IMG/VR virus record: IMGVR_UViG_3300025789_000022 | Source of the DNA: an uncultured virus (IMG/VR IMGVR_UViG_3300025789_000022) | Lineage: Duplodnaviria; Heunggongvirae; Uroviricota; Caudoviricetes | Direction: 5' to 3' (one strand) | Length of the DNA: 64,000 nt | In this document: positions 10,203 to 20,651 of the stretch, piece after piece | Position numbering within the stretch: position 1 is the first letter of the stretch | Layout of the letters: the number at the start of each line of letters is the position of its first letter | The notes under the pieces: generated by a model | What the model saw: only the letters and a program-made list of their open reading frames with translations | Told to the model about the DNA's origin: nothing | Database searches by the model: none | Made by a program: the position numbers and the translations under genes

Positions 10203-11609
10203 ATGGCAAATACAAATTTTACGGTACATAACGGTCTCACCGTAGGACCAACGAGTATAGATGCAACTAGTGGTAATATAAGCACTACTGCAACATTTGT
10301 AACTAGTAATAACACAGCCTCTACATCTTCGGCTACTGGCGCACTTGTAATAAGTGGTGGTGTTGGGGTTAGTGGAGCAATTTACGCAAATCTTTTTAAT
10401 GCTTCTTCATTATATGCAGGCACTATCGGTAATACAGGTTCAACTTTAACAGGAACCCTGTCAACTGCAGCACAAACTAATATTACCTCTATTGGTACGC
10501 TAGGATCACTTACAGTAACTGGTGCTGTTAATGCCAACACATTTAGTGGTGTTGCGGTATATGCTGGTACAATCGGCAACACTGGTACAACCTTAACTGG
10601 TACACTATCAACTGCAGCACAAACTAATATTACTTCTGTTGGTACACTTAGTAGTCTTGCTACTTCTGGTGTTATTACAAGTGGTGGTAATATTAACGTT
10701 ACCTCTTCAACTAATAGTACAAGTGCAACAACTGGTTCTATAGTAACTGCTGGTGGTATTGGTGTTGCACAAGATATGTATGTTGGTGGAAAATTATACG
10801 TCGGTGGTAATACTACATTTATTAACACAACAATTATCAACACAACTGATACACTAAGTGCACCTACTATACAAGCAGGAACAATCGGTAATAGCGGTGC
10901 TGTACTTTATGGAACACTTAATAGTAGTAGTGCTTCTCAAACTAATATCACTGCCGTTGGCACTCTTACAAGTTTAAATAGTGGTGCTATTACAACAACA
11001 GGTACACTTGCAGTAAACGCTAGTGGCGGCATCACGACAAACCAAACTACATTTCCACTAGTCAATGCAACAGCCACTACAATTAATTTTGGCGGTGCCG
11101 CAACTACTATCAACGTAGGCGCAAGTGGTGGTGTAAACTTTGTTCCAACAGGTAACGCAGTTTCTAATTTAGGTAGCACAGGTTCTGGATATTGGAATAA
11201 CGTGTATGCAGTAAACTTCCTTGGAACGTCAACCACTGCAAAGTACGCCGACTTGGCCGAACGTTATAGCAGTGATGCAAACTATGAACCTGGCACAGTT
11301 GTTGATTTTGGTGGTGATGCGGAAGTTACTCTAAGCAATATTGACGAAAGTCCTGCTGTTGCTGGTGTTGTGAGTACTAATCCAGCATACATGATGAACA
11401 GCGATGCTGATGGGTTGTATATCGCACTTGTCGGTCGTGTGCCAACCAAGGTTACTGGACCTGTTCGTAAGGGTCAGATGATGGTATCTAATGGTGATGG
11501 AACCGCACGTGGTGAAAATAATCCAATCATGGGTAGTGTAATCGGTAAAGCCTTAGAAAACTTTGGTGATGGCGTGGGTGTTATTGAGGTTGTAGTTGGT
11601 CGTCTCTAA
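10203..11609 (+). CDS. Tail fibre with C-terminal YADLAE chaperone-like domain
   Basis: AGTIGNTG..LTGTLSTAAQTNITS repeats; YADLAERY...GVVSTNPAY...ALVGRVP...IGKAL. Confidence 0.85.
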   Translation: MANTNFTVHNGLTVGPTSIDATSGNISTTATFVTSNNTASTSSATGALVISGGVGVSGAIYANLFNASSLYAGTIGNTGSTLTGTLSTAAQTNITSIGTLGSLTVTGAVNANTFSGVAVYAGTIGNTGTTLTGTLSTAAQTNITSVGTLSSLATSGVITSGGNINVTSSTNSTSATTGSIVTAGGIGVAQDMYVGGKLYVGGNTTFINTTIINTTDTLSAPTIQAGTIGNSGAVLYGTLNSSSASQTNITAVGTLTSLNSGAITTTGTLAVNASGGITTNQTTFPLVNATATTINFGGAATTINVGASGGVNFVPTGNAVSNLGSTGSGYWNNVYAVNFLGTSTTAKYADLAERYSSDANYEPGTVVDFGGDAEVTLSNIDESPAVAGVVSTNPAYMMNSDADGLYIALVGRVPTKVTGPVRKGQMMVSNGDGTARGENNPIMGSVIGKALENFGDGVGVIEVVVGRL

Positions 11610-11638
11610 TTGGTTAAATACTATATTAGAGAACAACA

Positions 11639-14600
11639 ATGGCATTAACACGTACAGTAAGTGATTTTAAAGACAGCGTTAAAGCAGCGTCCGTTGGTGC
11701 AAACATCAATCTTGCAGCAGCACCAAATACGCTTGATGGTATCACACTAGTTGCCAATGACCGTGTTCTAGTAAAAGACCAAACACCAAGTTCGCTAAAT
11801 GGTATCTATCGTGTAACAACGTTAGGCACAGGAAGTAATGGTTCTTGGACACGTGCTAGTGACTTTAATGATTATCGTCAAATAAGCAGTGGCGCAATGA
11901 CATTTGTTGAACAAGGTTCAATAAATGGCAACGTATTCTATTATATTCCTGGCGGTGAACCAAATGTTCAAATAGGTACAACTGCTATTACTTTTAGCAA
12001 CCTATATAGTTTTATTGATACCACCAATACGCTACAAAGCGTTACAAACTATGGTAATAGCACAACCAATATTATTACAATAAGCAATACTACAACTTCA
12101 ACGAGTACAACTAGTGGTGCTTTAATCGTTAGTGGTGGTGCTGGTATTAGTGGTAACCTTTATGTTGGTGGTAACTTATCCATTGCTGGTAACACCACGT
12201 TTATTAATACAACTACTATTACAACAACTGATACAATTGCTGCCCCTACGATTAATGCCAACGTAATTGGTAATACTGGTAGTTCGCTTTATGGAACTAT
12301 TGCTACTAACGCACAGCCATTTATTACAAGTGTTGGTATCTTAACGGGATTAACCACAAGCGGTAATATTACAGCACAAACCGCAAATATGTATGCTGCC
12401 AATCATGTTGCTAATACTGCAACTTATAGTGCTGCTTATTATTGGGCAAACGGTGTTGCATTTAGTAGTAGCAATTATTCTAATACACAAGTTGCTGCCT
12501 ATCTTCCAACTTATACTGGAACTTTATCACCTAGTAGTTTAACAACTAATACGGGTGGTCAGGTAAGTGGTTACCTTACTGGTGCTATTGGTGCTAATAG
12601 TGCGAATAGCGGTGCATTTACAACTGTTACAGCTACAAGCACGATCACTGCACAAGGAACTGTCAGTGCGCCAACAATAAATGCTGGCACAATTGGTAAT
12701 AGCGGTGCTATATTATATGGAACACTTAATACTAGTAGTGCTGCTCAACCTAATATAACCTCACTTGGTACATTAACAAGTCTAACTTCTACTGGAACCA
12801 TTGCTGCTCCTACGGTCATTGCTGGTACTATTGGTAATGCTGGTGCAGTACTTTATGGAACACTTAACTCACAAAGTGCAAGTCAAACAAACATTACAAG
12901 TGTTGGACAACTAACCTCACTTAATGTTACTGGCACTACCAATACTAACCAATTACAAGCGGGTTTAATTGGTAATAGTGGTGCATTACTACAAGGTACC
13001 TTAATTACAGCAGCACAGGGCAACATTACTTCGGTTGGAATACTAACTTCTCTTACTTCAACTGGTACTATTGCTGCAAACCAAATTAATGGCGGACAAA
13101 TTGGTAACACTAGTGCTTTGTTAGTTGGAACACTTGTAAATGCTGCTCAAGGCAATATTACAAGCGTAGGCATACTAACTTCTCTTACTTCAACTGGTAC
13201 TATTGCTGCAAATCAGGTACAAGCAGGCGTTTTAGGTAATAGTGGAGCACTTATAACAGGAACGCTTACCACTTCTTCTCAAGGTAATATTACGAGTGTT
13301 GGACAATTGACCTCACTTAATGTTACTGGTACAACTACAACTAATCAATTACAGGCGGGTTTAATTGGCAATAGTGGTGCGCTACTACAAGGTACCCTAA
13401 TTACCGCAGCACAAGGTAATATTACAAGCACTGGTGCGCTAACAAGCCCAAGTTTCACTGCTAGTAACGGCGGACAGATTACTGGTTATCTTACTGGTGC
13501 TATCGGTGCAAACACTCCCAATACTGGTACATTTACAACTATAACCGCAACTAATGCAATTCATGGTACTATAAGTTCTGGTAGTATTGCTGGCTATCTC
13601 AATGGTGCGCTTGGCGCAAATACACCAAATACTGCTACATTTACAACAGCCACTGTTACTAATGCAACAAACACAAGCGGTCTTGGTACAGGTGCTCTTA
13701 TTGTTACACAAGGTGGCGCAGCAATTCAACAAGATTTGTATGTTGGTGGTAACATTTATGCTGCAAATATTATATCACAAACTTCTCAGCAACTCGTTGT
13801 TAGCGATCCGCTAATATACTTGAGTGCAAATTCTGGATCATACAACTATGAAATTGGTTTCTATAGCCACTTTGTCGGTGGTAATATTAACAATTATCAA
13901 CATACTGGTTTTACACGCAATCACGTAGATAATCAATGGTATCTATTCTCTAACTTACCAGAACCAAGCGGTGGTGTAGTAAATCTTGCAAATACTAATA
14001 TTGTTTATGACACAATAAAATTTGGTGCTGCTCTTGTTCAAAATACTACAGTTGCTACTAACACTACAAGTGGTGCACTTCAAGTTGCTGGTGGTGTTGG
14101 TATTGTTGGTGCAGTATATGCAAATAATTTTAACGGTGTGTCGCTATATGCTGGTACAATTGGTAATACTGGTGCTACCCTTACTGGTACTCTATCAACT
14201 GCAACACAAACCAATATTACAAGTGTTGGTACATTGGGATCACTTACTGTAAGTGGAACTACAAATCTACAAGGCACAACTAACGGTGCCACTATCAATG
14301 CAACAAACCTATACGCAACCACAATAGGTAATACTGCTGCTGCGATAAATGGTAATTTAATTAATGGTTCAGCAGTATATGCTGGTACAATAGGTAACAC
14401 AGGCACAACCTTAACTGGTACACTATCAACCGCAGCACAAACTAATATCACAAGCACAGGTGCGCTTACAAGTCCAAGTTTCACAACAAGCAGTGGTGGT
14501 CAGATAACTGCATATCTTACTGGTGCAATCGGTGCTAATAGCGCAAATAGTGGTGCATTTACCACTTTAACTGCAAGCGGTAATACCACACTAAACAATT

Positions 14601-15562
14601 ATGCAAACATTTATATTGCAACTGGTAGCACCGCACAAACAAGTGCGCTATCAATTGTTGGTAACGTTTATGGGCAAGGTGGCACAGGATATCTTGATTT
14701 TCTTAAATTAACAAATACCTACAGTGCTGCAACTAACCCAAACAAGTATTTCCGTATAGATAATGCTGGTTCATTCCAAGTAATTAATAGTGCATATACT
14801 AATAATATTTTCAACTTGACCGATGCTGGAGCACTTACTGTTCCAAGTGTTGCAACTGTAGGAAATCTTGTTACTACAAGTGGCGTATATTGGTCAAACG
14901 GTGCTGCATATAGCAGCGGCGGCGGTGGTGGTAGCACTTCACCTGGTGGTGCTAACACTATGGTGCAGTTTAATAACGGCGGATCATTTGCTGGTGCAAC
15001 TTACTTACAATATAATATTACAAGCGGTAACCTTGTATCTAACAGTACATCTACTTCTACAAGCACAACTACTGGCGCAATTGTTGTTGGTGGTGGTATT
15101 GGCGTTGGCGGTAACGTTGTTGCTGGCGGATACTTAACCGCTAATGGTTGGTATAATGAAAACACAACCACACCTGGTGTTTATATTGGTAATGCTGGAA
15201 CTGCACCATATACTCCAAGAATTGGTTTCTTTAATGGTAATGCGGCTGCTAACTGGCAAATAGATAACCAAAATGGTTCATTTAGATGGTATACACCAGG
15301 CACACTTCGTATGACATTAGATTACTTTGGTAATCTACAGATGCCTGGTGCGGTGAATATTACCAATGCTGCAGTAAGCACATCTACAACAACTGGTGCC
15401 CTAGTAGTTTCTGGTGGCGTAGGTGTTGGTGCTAACGTGTATGCGGGTGGAAATATCTATACACAACAGCGTACTGGTTATACATACAGTGGTAATAATA
15501 CAAGCGTGGCTTATACATATTATAATGCTGCAACTGGTAGTTTAGACACGGTATTTGGATAA
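11639..15562 (+). CDS. Tail fibre protein (1307 aa)
   Basis: N-terminal DRVLVKDQT..NGIY module and same repeat modules as neighbouring fibres. Confidence 0.85.
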   Translation: MALTRTVSDFKDSVKAASVGANINLAAAPNTLDGITLVANDRVLVKDQTPSSLNGIYRVTTLGTGSNGSWTRASDFNDYRQISSGAMTFVEQGSINGNVFYYIPGGEPNVQIGTTAITFSNLYSFIDTTNTLQSVTNYGNSTTNIITISNTTTSTSTTSGALIVSGGAGISGNLYVGGNLSIAGNTTFINTTTITTTDTIAAPTINANVIGNTGSSLYGTIATNAQPFITSVGILTGLTTSGNITAQTANMYAANHVANTATYSAAYYWANGVAFSSSNYSNTQVAAYLPTYTGTLSPSSLTTNTGGQVSGYLTGAIGANSANSGAFTTVTATSTITAQGTVSAPTINAGTIGNSGAILYGTLNTSSAAQPNITSLGTLTSLTSTGTIAAPTVIAGTIGNAGAVLYGTLNSQSASQTNITSVGQLTSLNVTGTTNTNQLQAGLIGNSGALLQGTLITAAQGNITSVGILTSLTSTGTIAANQINGGQIGNTSALLVGTLVNAAQGNITSVGILTSLTSTGTIAANQVQAGVLGNSGALITGTLTTSSQGNITSVGQLTSLNVTGTTTTNQLQAGLIGNSGALLQGTLITAAQGNITSTGALTSPSFTASNGGQITGYLTGAIGANTPNTGTFTTITATNAIHGTISSGSIAGYLNGALGANTPNTATFTTATVTNATNTSGLGTGALIVTQGGAAIQQDLYVGGNIYAANIISQTSQQLVVSDPLIYLSANSGSYNYEIGFYSHFVGGNINNYQHTGFTRNHVDNQWYLFSNLPEPSGGVVNLANTNIVYDTIKFGAALVQNTTVATNTTSGALQVAGGVGIVGAVYANNFNGVSLYAGTIGNTGATLTGTLSTATQTNITSVGTLGSLTVSGTTNLQGTTNGATINATNLYATTIGNTAAAINGNLINGSAVYAGTIGNTGTTLTGTLSTAAQTNITSTGALTSPSFTTSSGGQITAYLTGAIGANSANSGAFTTLTASGNTTLNNYANIYIATGSTAQTSALSIVGNVYGQGGTGYLDFLKLTNTYSAATNPNKYFRIDNAGSFQVINSAYTNNIFNLTDAGALTVPSVATVGNLVTTSGVYWSNGAAYSSGGGGGSTSPGGANTMVQFNNGGSFAGATYLQYNITSGNLVSNSTSTSTSTTTGAIVVGGGIGVGGNVVAGGYLTANGWYNENTTTPGVYIGNAGTAPYTPRIGFFNGNAAANWQIDNQNGSFRWYTPGTLRMTLDYFGNLQMPGAVNITNAAVSTSTTTGALVVSGGVGVGANVYAGGNIYTQQRTGYTYSGNNTSVAYTYYNAATGSLDTVFG

Positions 15563-16752
15563 TGGCACTAGCTTCTAAATTAATTAAAGGTGGCAATCTA
15601 CAAGTTGCCGGTGGGTTTGACGAATATACTATACGTGGTAGTAGTGTTGCTCAACGATTATATCCAAATGGTAATATGCAAATATCTGGCATATTTGACG
15701 AATATACTATATACGGTGGTAGTGTTGCTCAACGATTATATCCAAATGGTAATATGCAAATATCTGGAATATTTGATGAGACTGCTATAAGTTATAGACA
15801 ATATACTGCTAACAGCACTGTTGTAATTCCTAATCCTATTACATCCATTAATATAGCTACTATCGGTGGTGGTGGCGGTGGACGTGCTACAACTTTTAAC
15901 TATGCTGGTGGTGGCGGCGGATTTGCTTGGGTAAATAACGTTACTGTAACACCTGGCACCGCCTACACCGTCTATGTAGGACTTGGTGGTGTAGGAGTAG
16001 GTAATGGAGGTGCTGGAGGATGTAGTTATGTTGCACCATTATCTTCAGTTACAACTTTTACGGCATCGTGTAGTGGAACAACTTTAACAACATCTATTTC
16101 TCAATCTTTTACTGTTGGAACATCTATATTTTCTGGATCAACTGTGAATAGTGGACAAGTTTATCTTGGAACTATAGTAAGTGGAAGCGGAACTTCTTGG
16201 ACAGTTTCTATTGGTGGAACTTATGCCTCGCAAATTATGACTGCAGCAAATGTTTTATGTATGGCAGAAGGTGGCGGTGGAGGAAGTATTGGAAACTCAC
16301 TTGGTATTGGCGCAGGTGGACGAAGTTGGCCAAGCACCGCTTACGGCACATACGGCGGTGGAGTTGGTGGAAATTCTAATATCCAATCCAGTGGTGGCGG
16401 CGGTGCTGCTGGTTACACGGGAAATGGAGGAAATGGCGGTAATGCAACTATTGCGGCTACCTCTGGTGTAGGTGGCGGTGCTGGTGGTGGTGCCAGCAGC
16501 GCAAGTGGTTCGGGAGGAGGCGGCGGAGTTGGTATAAATGGAATAGGGTTAAACGGCAGTGGTGGTACCGTAAATAGTGGCGGAGGCGGTGGTTCAGGAG
16601 GACAAACAGGCAACACTGCTGCAACTGGCAGTACTGCCGGTGCCGGTGGTATTTACGGCGGAGGAGGCGGACAAGGCGGAACTGCTTCGGCTAATGGTGG
16701 ACAAGGTGCAGTCCTTATTAATTGGGGTGTTACTTTTCCTAATTTAATTTAA
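15562..16752 (+). CDS. Gly-rich virion/adhesin-like protein
   Basis: Polyglycine tracts, ends GQGAVLINW; N-terminal 26-aa tandem repeat. Confidence 0.75.
   Translation: MALASKLIKGGNLQVAGGFDEYTIRGSSVAQRLYPNGNMQISGIFDEYTIYGGSVAQRLYPNGNMQISGIFDETAISYRQYTANSTVVIPNPITSINIATIGGGGGGRATTFNYAGGGGGFAWVNNVTVTPGTAYTVYVGLGGVGVGNGGAGGCSYVAPLSSVTTFTASCSGTTLTTSISQSFTVGTSIFSGSTVNSGQVYLGTIVSGSGTSWTVSIGGTYASQIMTAANVLCMAEGGGGGSIGNSLGIGAGGRSWPSTAYGTYGGGVGGNSNIQSSGGGGAAGYTGNGGNGGNATIAATSGVGGGAGGGASSASGSGGGGGVGINGIGLNGSGGTVNSGGGGGSGGQTGNTAATGSTAGAGGIYGGGGGQGGTASANGGQGAVLINWGVTFPNLI
15616..15778 (+). repeat. 78-bp tandem repeat (2 copies plus start of a third)
   Basis: tttgacgaatatactata...caaatatctgg at 15616 and 15694, near identical. 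Confidence 0.9.
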
Positions 16753-16806
16753 TTTTTAATATGATATGTAATAAAATTACCACCTAAATATACAGTGGAA
16801 TAATTA

Positions 16807-18144
16807 ATGGCAAAACTACTAGACGGAACACGCATTTATGGTAACGCAACGATTGATAGCAACCTTGTTATCTCTGGTGGTTATGCTGCAACTTCTACTA
16901 CAACTGGTAGTTTGCAGTTAACTGGTGGCGCTGGTATTACTGGTAACTTATACGTAGGTGGTAACTTAAGTATTGCGGGTAACACCACATTTATCAATAC
17001 AACTACCATCACGACAACTGATACAATTGCTGCACCAGCAGTAAATGCTGGTACTATTGGAAATGCAAGTGCTGTATTATATGGAACGTTAAACTCAAGT
17101 AGTGCAGCACAAACAAATATCACAAGTGTTGGGACACTAACTGGTCTTACTGTTAGTGGCACTACTAATTTACAAGGCACTACAAATGGTGCCACTATCA
17201 ATGCTAGTAGTTTACTAGCAACTACTATTGGAAATTCAGCAAGTAGTATTACTGGTACATTACAAACGGCAGCACAGACCAATATTACTTCACTTGGTGC
17301 ATTAACTAGCTTAACTATGGCAGGTGCTATAAATGGACAAACCATTAATGGTACTTCTATTCTTGGTACTACTATCGGCAATACAGCTTCTGCCGTTAAC
17401 GGTAACATTCATACTGGTAGTGCAATTTATGCTGGTACTATTGGTAATACGGGTGCTACGTTAACTGGTACCCTATCAACTGCAGCACAAACAAATATTA
17501 CTTCTGTAGGAACTCTAACTGGACTTACTGTAAGTGGAACAACTAACCTACAAGGAACAACTAATGGTGCTACGATCAATGCTACCAGTTTATTAGCAAC
17601 TACTATTGGCAACTCAAGTAGTGCTGGTACATTCAGCACAATAACAAGTTCTACTCATACACCAAGTAGTAATAATGCTGTTACACTGGGAAGTGCAAGT
17701 GCTTATTGGAGCACCTGTTATGCCGTAACATTTACTGGTACATCAACAACCGCAAAATACGCTGACTTGGCCGAAATGTATCATGCGGATGATTATTATA
17801 CACCTGGCACTGTTATGATATTTGGTGGTGATCTTGATGTCACGGTTTCAACCCAATCTCATGATACAGCAGTTGCTGGTGTAGTATCTACCAATCCTGC
17901 TTATCTTATGAATGATAACTTTGAGCATGATAATTGGTTGCCGATTGCGCTAACAGGTCGTGTTCCTTGTTTAGTGCGTGGACCAGTAAATAAAGGAACG
18001 CTATTGGTAAGTAGTAGTGAGCGTGGTGTAGCGTGTGCGCTAGATAAATCGTTATACGAGCCAGGTTGTATAATTGGTAAGAGCATGGATATCATCTTGG
18101 ATGATAGCATAGTAAAAATTGAAATAGCAGTAGGAAGATTCTAA
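16807..18144 (+). CDS. Tail fibre with C-terminal YADLAE domain (paralog of 10203..11609)
   Basis: Shared repeats and YADLAEMY...GVVSTNPAY...ALTGRVP. Confidence 0.85.
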   Translation: MAKLLDGTRIYGNATIDSNLVISGGYAATSTTTGSLQLTGGAGITGNLYVGGNLSIAGNTTFINTTTITTTDTIAAPAVNAGTIGNASAVLYGTLNSSSAAQTNITSVGTLTGLTVSGTTNLQGTTNGATINASSLLATTIGNSASSITGTLQTAAQTNITSLGALTSLTMAGAINGQTINGTSILGTTIGNTASAVNGNIHTGSAIYAGTIGNTGATLTGTLSTAAQTNITSVGTLTGLTVSGTTNLQGTTNGATINATSLLATTIGNSSSAGTFSTITSSTHTPSSNNAVTLGSASAYWSTCYAVTFTGTSTTAKYADLAEMYHADDYYTPGTVMIFGGDLDVTVSTQSHDTAVAGVVSTNPAYLMNDNFEHDNWLPIALTGRVPCLVRGPVNKGTLLVSSSERGVACALDKSLYEPGCIIGKSMDIILDDSIVKIEIAVGRF

Positions 18145-18857
18145 TGGGAAATATACACAGACCAACATATCGCCGTGATTATACAGGTGAAACTATCTCT
18201 TATGTAGAAGATGCCACACAAAAAAGTATCTTTGTTACACCGAGAGATTTGCCCTATGATTGGAATAGCCGCAGCGCAGTTGTTCTTGGCAACGGTATTA
18301 GCAGACTTGATCCTACTGTTAAGTTAATTATAGATGCAAATAATCGTCGTGTTGCAGAAGGTTATAAACTTACCTATGCTTGCAATGCCGCATATCGTGA
18401 TACGCCTGCAGATTACTATGTAATTAAAAATAATATCTTTTTTAGTGATATTCCATTAAGTGATTATAACAAAATGTTTACACCAAATAACCATTGGCTA
18501 ACTTACCGTGATACAAACATGTTGCCAGGCAGTTATCACATGGATGCTGGTGCTAGTGCCACATATCTTGCAGCATTTGATGGTGCACAGAAAGTATTCT
18601 TGTTTGGATTTGATGGTAGCGATGGTGTCACAAGCGAAAACATTTATGCTGATACATTTGGCTATGAGTCTGCTGAATATATAGAAGATTTTCAAAAATT
18701 TAATGCATTTTTGTATAATGTAGTACGTGCATTTAGTTCTACACAATTTTATAGAGTGCGCACACAACACAGTAATGATTTTGATCCAATTTTAAAAACA
18801 CTCAATAATTATCGTGAAGTAAGTGTTCGTGACGCAATACTACTTGGTGATTTCTAA
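18144..18857 (+). CDS. Hypothetical protein, possible glycosyltransferase-like fold
   Basis: AVVLGNGISR, YACNAAYRD, VFLFGFDG motifs. Confidence 0.6.
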   Translation: MGNIHRPTYRRDYTGETISYVEDATQKSIFVTPRDLPYDWNSRSAVVLGNGISRLDPTVKLIIDANNRRVAEGYKLTYACNAAYRDTPADYYVIKNNIFFSDIPLSDYNKMFTPNNHWLTYRDTNMLPGSYHMDAGASATYLAAFDGAQKVFLFGFDGSDGVTSENIYADTFGYESAEYIEDFQKFNAFLYNVVRAFSSTQFYRVRTQHSNDFDPILKTLNNYREVSVRDAILLGDF

Positions 18858-19319
18858 TATTTGTTTTATAGTTTTAAGTTTGTCTTTCACTACGTTGGAT
18901 GAGAAACTATTATATAAACCAGGGTGTAGTGGTTTTGGAGTGTTGCTCAAATCGCACCAAGCATAACCCTTGTGTTCACTGGAGAGTATAGGTATAAACT
19001 CGTTGTCAGTTAGCGCAACAAAAGTATGATAACTAAAATGTCCATCTGGACTATTGAAATATTCGAGTGGAATTACTTTTTGAATAGGCGGTTCAAACCC
19101 TATTTCTTCATTAATTTCACGAACCAATCCACCATATAATGTTTCACCATACTCTACGGTTCCGCCTACTAGTCCCCAAGTATTACTGTAAGTATCTTGA
19201 TCACGTAGTAAGAATAATCCACGTTGAGTTTTTACACTTATAAAAAGTGCACCTACTGCGGTTAGATTACTATTGACCAATACCCTTCTGGGTAGAGACC
19301 TTCCCAACTTTTTTGCCAT
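18840..19319 (-). CDS. NUDIX hydrolase (true start may be downstream of 19319)
   Basis: Nudix box GGTVEYGETLYGGLVREINEEIG. Confidence 0.88.
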   Translation of the reverse strand: MAKKLGRSLPRRVLVNSNLTAVGALFISVKTQRGLFLLRDQDTYSNTWGLVGGTVEYGETLYGGLVREINEEIGFEPPIQKVIPLEYFNSPDGHFSYHTFVALTDNEFIPILSSEHKGYAWCDLSNTPKPLHPGLYNSFSSNVVKDKLKTIKQILEITK

Positions 19320-20647
19320 TGACTACCATTCCATGCATATTGAATACTACTAAAAGTGTTGGTGACATAACTTGCATTGCTTGTTGGTGTAGGGTGGTAT
19401 GCTACTGTCCAAGCATTGCCACTATACTGTATAATATCATTTGCTTGTGCAACGGTAACACTGCTGTTTGCATTTTGCCATGCTGCTGCACCATTTCCTA
19501 AACTTGCTCCGCCTAAATTGTTAACAATTAAGTATCGCTGACCACTGCTCGCTGCTGGTAATCCTGAACCAGGTCCATTTACCTGTGGATCAACAATTGC
19601 ATTAACACTTGGTAGTATATTAGTAGGTATTGTAGCACTGTCTACATTAAAAAGCAAGTTATTTGGATTAGTAGCATCATATGCAACCGTGCCAACAACC
19701 AATCGTTCGGTTGCGGTATTTGTCAGATACATCATACTATAATTTGCAACAATGTTGCCAAAACTTGAAATGGTTGATGCCCAAGGAATAGCATTTCCTA
19801 GCGTTGTAGGTATGTTGTAGTTTGTGTTATTAATTTCTGGTCCACCACGATTGAACAGTGTGACATTTCCATTGTTAACCACAACCTGATAACCAGTTGG
19901 TGTAAAGAACTGACGATTGCCTAGCAAACTTGTTTGATCAACAAGGCTTTGTTGGATATTTCCATTACCATCATAAATGCTTGCAACAACACTTTGAATA
20001 ACACCCAGTCGTTTTAATTTTGCTGGCGTAGTGATCCAAATAGGCATCTCAAACGTAAACGTAGCAATATCAATTGGATCATCGCTACCCACTGGAATGT
20101 TTCTTGTGGTCCAGTTAGTGTCAGTCAGTAAGATATAACTTAAACTAGTCCAATCAAGATAGTTATCCGTGCTTTGAATTTCCATATCAGGATTAAACTG
20201 ACTAGCAATTTGTTCAAATATTTGTAATTTTTGATCAAAGTTTGAAGTCCAAACTTCCATCTTTACAGTTAATCTATATGGAGCAGGCATTAGGCGGTCT
20301 AGGCTAAAAGTGTTGCCTTGTTGTGTGGATGCATTGCCTGTATGTGGGTCAATCGCACGTTGACGAATAGCAGTTTTATCAACAAATTTTGGTTCTTGCA
20401 TACGAGTTCTGTCATACTTGACATCAGTGATATAAACAACAATCATAGGCACATTGTTTAGATTGTTATCGCTATTCTGACGCAATATAGCAGCAACCTG
20501 ACGATTAGTATCTGCATAGCGACATGGCACACGATAAAGAACCTGATTGCCATTAGCATCATTGCCATACTGAACATACATATAACTGAATATTCGCACG
20601 AACTGATTCATAAAACGTCTGATTTGTTTATCGTAGAAAAAATCCAC
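19262..20647 (-). CDS. Tail terminator / sheath stabiliser, T4 gp15-like, with C-terminal extension
   Basis: FFYDKQIRR..F, VPCRY, PAPYRLTVKMEVWT...QIFEQIASQFNP. Confidence 0.75.
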   Translation of the reverse strand: MDFFYDKQIRRFMNQFVRIFSYMYVQYGNDANGNQVLYRVPCRYADTNRQVAAILRQNSDNNLNNVPMIVVYITDVKYDRTRMQEPKFVDKTAIRQRAIDPHTGNASTQQGNTFSLDRLMPAPYRLTVKMEVWTSNFDQKLQIFEQIASQFNPDMEIQSTDNYLDWTSLSYILLTDTNWTTRNIPVGSDDPIDIATFTFEMPIWITTPAKLKRLGVIQSVVASIYDGNGNIQQSLVDQTSLLGNRQFFTPTGYQVVVNNGNVTLFNRGGPEINNTNYNIPTTLGNAIPWASTISSFGNIVANYSMMYLTNTATERLVVGTVAYDATNPNNLLFNVDSATIPTNILPSVNAIVDPQVNGPGSGLPAASSGQRYLIVNNLGGASLGNGAAAWQNANSSVTVAQANDIIQYSGNAWTVAYHPTPTSNASYVTNTFSSIQYAWNGSQWQKSWEGLYPEGYWSIVI

Positions 20648-20651
20648 TTGA

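Noticed and set aside
4358..18110. Many antisense and alternate-frame ORFs within fibre genes
   Set aside because: Shadow ORFs of low-complexity Thr/Gly/Asn coding; no SD or motifs
1..18144. Diversity-generating retroelement acting on fibre tips
   Set aside because: No reverse transcriptase in the window and no repeat pair differing only at adenines seen
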